The translations under genes were made by a program, and so were the position numbers. A stretch of 36,878 nt of DNA from an uncultured Gammaproteobacteria bacterium (GTDB taxonomy: Bacteria > Patescibacteriota > Microgenomatia > Levybacterales > UBA12049), in NCBI GenBank assembly GCA_964624955.1, contig CAZUZF010000003.1, positions 1-36,878 on the forward strand, written 5' to 3'. Every line of letters starts with the position of its first letter. The first letter of the stretch is position 1. The notes beneath the pieces were generated by a model, which did not search any database, was not told the DNA's origin, and saw only the letters and a list, made by a program, of their open reading frames with translations. This document shows, in pieces, positions 34,159 to 36,878 of the stretch.

Positions 34159-35671
34159 ACCTTTTTTTAACAAACTGTTTGTCTAAGGATAGTATAAGCC
34201 AAGCAGCTTTTGGACCATAGTTTTTACCAAGTAAAGATAAATAAATGGCAGTAAAAGTATCTTTACCGTTTAATCCATAAAATTTTCCAATGTCATAAAT
34301 TCTTGTCTGAAAGTCTTTTGGTTTCCATTTTTTATCAAGCTCGTTTGCAATTTGAACTAGGGCTTTTTTTTGCTCACTAGATAAATTACTTACAATTTCT
34401 GGAAGACTTTCTTGTACAGTAAATTTTTCATTTTCAGGGGCATATTTTTCTACCCAGTTTTTGGCATAGAAAGCCCAGTCCTGCAAATTATTTTTTTTAA
34501 TTTCACCTTCCATGTTTGGCATTTGTACCCATTGTGTTAGAAGTGAAAATCTAACAGATGGAGGTTTTTTAATATTCTCACTAACTTGAGAAAGCTCAAA
34601 AATTCTGGCAAGATCGCTATCGCCTTTGTTAAAATATGCATCAGAAGCTTTTTGATAATCATCAAATAGATTTGCGATTACATTAGGCTGTGCCGGATCA
34701 AAATTAATCTGTGTATTTACTTTAATTCTAGTCATTAAAAATCTGATTAACTCAGGGGGTAAAATATCCAACATATCTAATGCTGCAACTCCAACGCCTC
34801 TTGAAGAAGACATTTTTCTTCCTCCTATTAAAATCCACTCATAAGGTATTGGGAAAGGAACGGGATAACTTAAAACTCTTTTGCAAACCTGGCTTGCCAA
34901 ATCATGAGAGCCACCTTTTGACATGTGATCTTTTCCAGCTCCTTCAATTGTTATTCCTATTGCTTTCCATTTTGCAGGCCAGTCAATTTTCCAGGGAAGT
35001 TTTCCAACAATTTCTCCATCACCACTGAAAGGAGAAATTTTACCTTTTTGTCCGCAGCCTTTTGTCCATTTTACTTTATCAACTACACACTCGTAGGTTA
35101 CCAATTCTCCATCCCAATCTGAAACTAACGTTGTTGAGACTTTACCGCAATTTGGACAATATATTTGAAACGGATACCAATCGCTTGGTAATTTTTTATC
35201 ATACATTTCCTCATAGATTTTTCTAACCTCAGAAGCATTATCTAAAACATCTTTAATCATTGGATTCATAAGTCCCTTGGTATATAAGTCTTTCGTCCAA
35301 ATAATTTCAGGCTTGCAGCCTATTGCGTTAAATACTTTTTGGAAATCAGCTGCATAATATCTTGCATAATTTTCAAAACCTTTAACAGGTGAGGGAATTT
35401 TAAATAAAGGCATGCCAAGATAGGGTTCAAATTTTTCCCTATCTAAATACGAGGGAATATCATCCATTGGATCGTGGTCTTCAAAGACATAAGTGTATTT
35501 TGCTTTAACCCCTCTACCTAGAAGCGCTTTATAGACAAGGTCATGGATGACAACACCTCTTAGAGCACCAACATGTACCCTACCTGAGGGAGTTTTCATA
35601 TCATCCACCCAGTATGGTTTAAATTTTCTCGATTTAATTATTTTGTCAGCAACGCTGTCAGCCCAAAACAT
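34145..35671 (-). CDS. lysK: Class I (archaeal-type) lysyl-tRNA synthetase
   Basis: 508 aa with TPSGRVHVGALRG in place of HIGH, KMSSSRG (the class I LysRS form of KMSKS) and a Cys cluster YCPNCG...CG. Confidence 0.8.
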   Translation of the reverse strand: MFWADSVADKIIKSRKFKPYWVDDMKTPSGRVHVGALRGVVIHDLVYKALLGRGVKAKYTYVFEDHDPMDDIPSYLDREKFEPYLGMPLFKIPSPVKGFENYARYYAADFQKVFNAIGCKPEIIWTKDLYTKGLMNPMIKDVLDNASEVRKIYEEMYDKKLPSDWYPFQIYCPNCGKVSTTLVSDWDGELVTYECVVDKVKWTKGCGQKGKISPFSGDGEIVGKLPWKIDWPAKWKAIGITIEGAGKDHMSKGGSHDLASQVCKRVLSYPVPFPIPYEWILIGGRKMSSSRGVGVAALDMLDILPPELIRFLMTRIKVNTQINFDPAQPNVIANLFDDYQKASDAYFNKGDSDLARIFELSQVSENIKKPPSVRFSLLTQWVQMPNMEGEIKKNNLQDWAFYAKNWVEKYAPENEKFTVQESLPEIVSNLSSEQKKALVQIANELDKKWKPKDFQTRIYDIGKFYGLNGKDTFTAIYLSLLGKNYGPKAAWLILSLDKQFVKKRFNEV

Positions 35672-35709
35672 ATATGTAATTATATTGCTTCTTTGCCTAA
35701 CATTAAAGA

Positions 35710-36756
35710 CTAGATAAGCTCATTTGCCTTTAGAAGCTCTGCGTTAAGTATAGCCGCTCCTGCAGCTCCCCGTATAGTATTGTGAACTAAAAGTGTAAAT
35801 TTAATATCAAAAATATTAGATTTCCTAATTCTTCCAATACTTACTGACATTCCATTATTAATATCTCTATCTAAAATAGGCTGTGGTCTATCGTTTTCCA
35901 TTCGAACAATGATTGGATTAACTGGTGCACTTGGAAGGTTTAATTTTTGAGGAAGACCTCTAAAATTTCTAAAGACTTTTAAGACTTTATCTATGCTTGG
36001 TTTTTTAATAAGTTCAACTGTTACTGATTCCAAATGTCCATCTCTTACGTTAACTCTATTGCAATGAGCGGAAATTATCATATTTGCATCGTCTATTTTT
36101 CCGTTTAAAAAACTACCAAGTAGTTTTAATGGTTCAGTTTCAACTTTTTCTTCCTCATCCCCTATATATGGAACAACATTATCGACTGCATCAAGTGAGG
36201 CAACTCCTGGGTATCCTGCCCCAGATAATGCCTGCATTGAAGTAACCAAAACTTTACTTATTCCAAATGCGTCATGCAATGGTTTAAGAGCTATCGTTAG
36301 CCCAATAGTTGTGCAATTGGGATTTGTAACAATAAAGCCTTTTCCTTTAAGCCTTTTCCTTTGTACCTTTATTAAATCTAAATGCTCCGGGTTTACTTCC
36401 GGAATAAGAAGTGGAACGTCTTTATCCATTCTATGGTTTTTGGAATTACTGATAACAACGTACCCATTTTTAGCAAACTCTTCCTCAATAGGACCTGCAA
36501 CTGATGAATCAAGCGCGCTAAATACCACTCCAGCATTAAAGTCGGGTTTACATAAACGTAGTTTCATTTTAGCTAATGTTGGGGGAATTTTTGGAGAAAC
36601 TTTCCAGTTCACAACATCAGCATATCTTTTACCAAAGCTCGTTTCTGAGGCGCAAAGATATTTTACTTCAAACCACGGATGACCATCCAGAAGTTGCACA
36701 AACCTTTGGCCAACATTTCCGGTTGCACCCAGTATTCCAACAGGTATTTTTCTCAT
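35710..36756 (-). CDS. asd: Aspartate-semialdehyde dehydrogenase
   Basis: 348 aa with [14 protein letters not shown], the active-site segment NPNCTTIGL and [10 protein letters not shown]. Confidence 0.88.
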   Translation of the reverse strand: MRKIPVGILGATGNVGQRFVQLLDGHPWFEVKYLCASETSFGKRYADVVNWKVSPKIPPTLAKMKLRLCKPDFNAGVVFSALDSSVAGPIEEEFAKNGYVVISNSKNHRMDKDVPLLIPEVNPEHLDLIKVQRKRLKGKGFIVTNPNCTTIGLTIALKPLHDAFGISKVLVTSMQALSGAGYPGVASLDAVDNVVPYIGDEEEKVETEPLKLLGSFLNGKIDDANMIISAHCNRVNVRDGHLESVTVELIKKPSIDKVLKVFRNFRGLPQKLNLPSAPVNPIIVRMENDRPQPILDRDINNGMSVSIGRIRKSNIFDIKFTLLVHNTIRGAAGAAILNAELLKANELI

Positions 36757-36878
36757 ATTAAATCTAGTCCTTTCAAAACCTCTTTTAATATTAGCTTATT
36801 TTTCTCTTCCATTGGAACTAAAGGCAATCTGAACACTTCCTCAATTTTTCCCATTAGATATAATGCTGTTTTAACAGG
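36753..36878 (-). CDS. dapA: 4-hydroxy-tetrahydrodipicolinate synthase, C-terminal 41 codons (partial, runs off the window)
   Basis: My own translation is [41 protein letters not shown], which matches the conserved DapA C terminus (PVK.al...G.....RLPL.p). Its TGA overlaps the asd ATG (ATGA). Confidence 0.7.
   Translation of the reverse strand, partial: PVKTALYLMGKIEEVFRLPLVPMEEKNKLILKEVLKGLDLI

Noticed and set aside
1-36878. CRISPR arrays, transposases, integrases, phage genes, toxin-antitoxin pairs and known defence-system signatures.
   Set aside because: There are no regularly spaced direct repeats and no ORFs with nuclease, recombinase, STAND or helicase-type defence motifs. Every large ORF is accounted for by housekeeping or envelope functions.

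Overview
AT-rich window (about one third GC by eye), densely packed, with about 41 of 45 genes on the minus strand and many 1-4 nt start/stop overlaps. The content fits a small-genome bacterium, probably of the Candidate Phyla Radiation (Patescibacteria/Microgenomates-like). Supporting traits are a class I LysRS, a half-length TsaB, many N-anchored hypothetical proteins and two GT-C membrane glycosyltransferases. This taxonomic call is inference only. RF2 is present and TGA is used as a stop, so the code is standard (code 11). From left to right the window holds: (1) a surface-glycan locus (73-12232) with a HAD hydrolase, a GT-C transferase, a GT2-GtrA polyprenyl-phosphate-sugar synthase, uxs, gmd, rmd, ugd, rfbD, rfbB, rfbC and two GT2 genes; (2) a CAP-domain protein and tsaB-tsaC-tsaE; (3) a Pro/Thr-rich surface protein; (4) ftsE-ftsX plus a coiled-coil M23 peptidase; (5) prfB, an NRAMP-like transporter, uppP and a small MGMT-domain protein; (6) two unknown envelope genes; (7) serC and a fused serB-serA; (8) secA with a structured 309-nt upstream region; (9) rdgB-serS; (10) class I lysyl-tRNA synthetase, asd and the 3' end of dapA. 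I found no rRNA, tRNA, CRISPR array, transposase, integrase or recognisable defence system. The items most worth follow-up are: an apparently circularly permuted M23 catalytic domain in the FtsEX-linked peptidase; a secA leader with two in-frame mini-ORFs running through a strong intrinsic terminator and ending 2 nt before the secA ATG; a SerB-SerA fusion preceded by a leader with mutually exclusive GGGAGG/CCUCCC pairings; and a polyprenyl-P-sugar synthase/GT-C pair with a plausible Pro/Thr-rich substrate in the same window.
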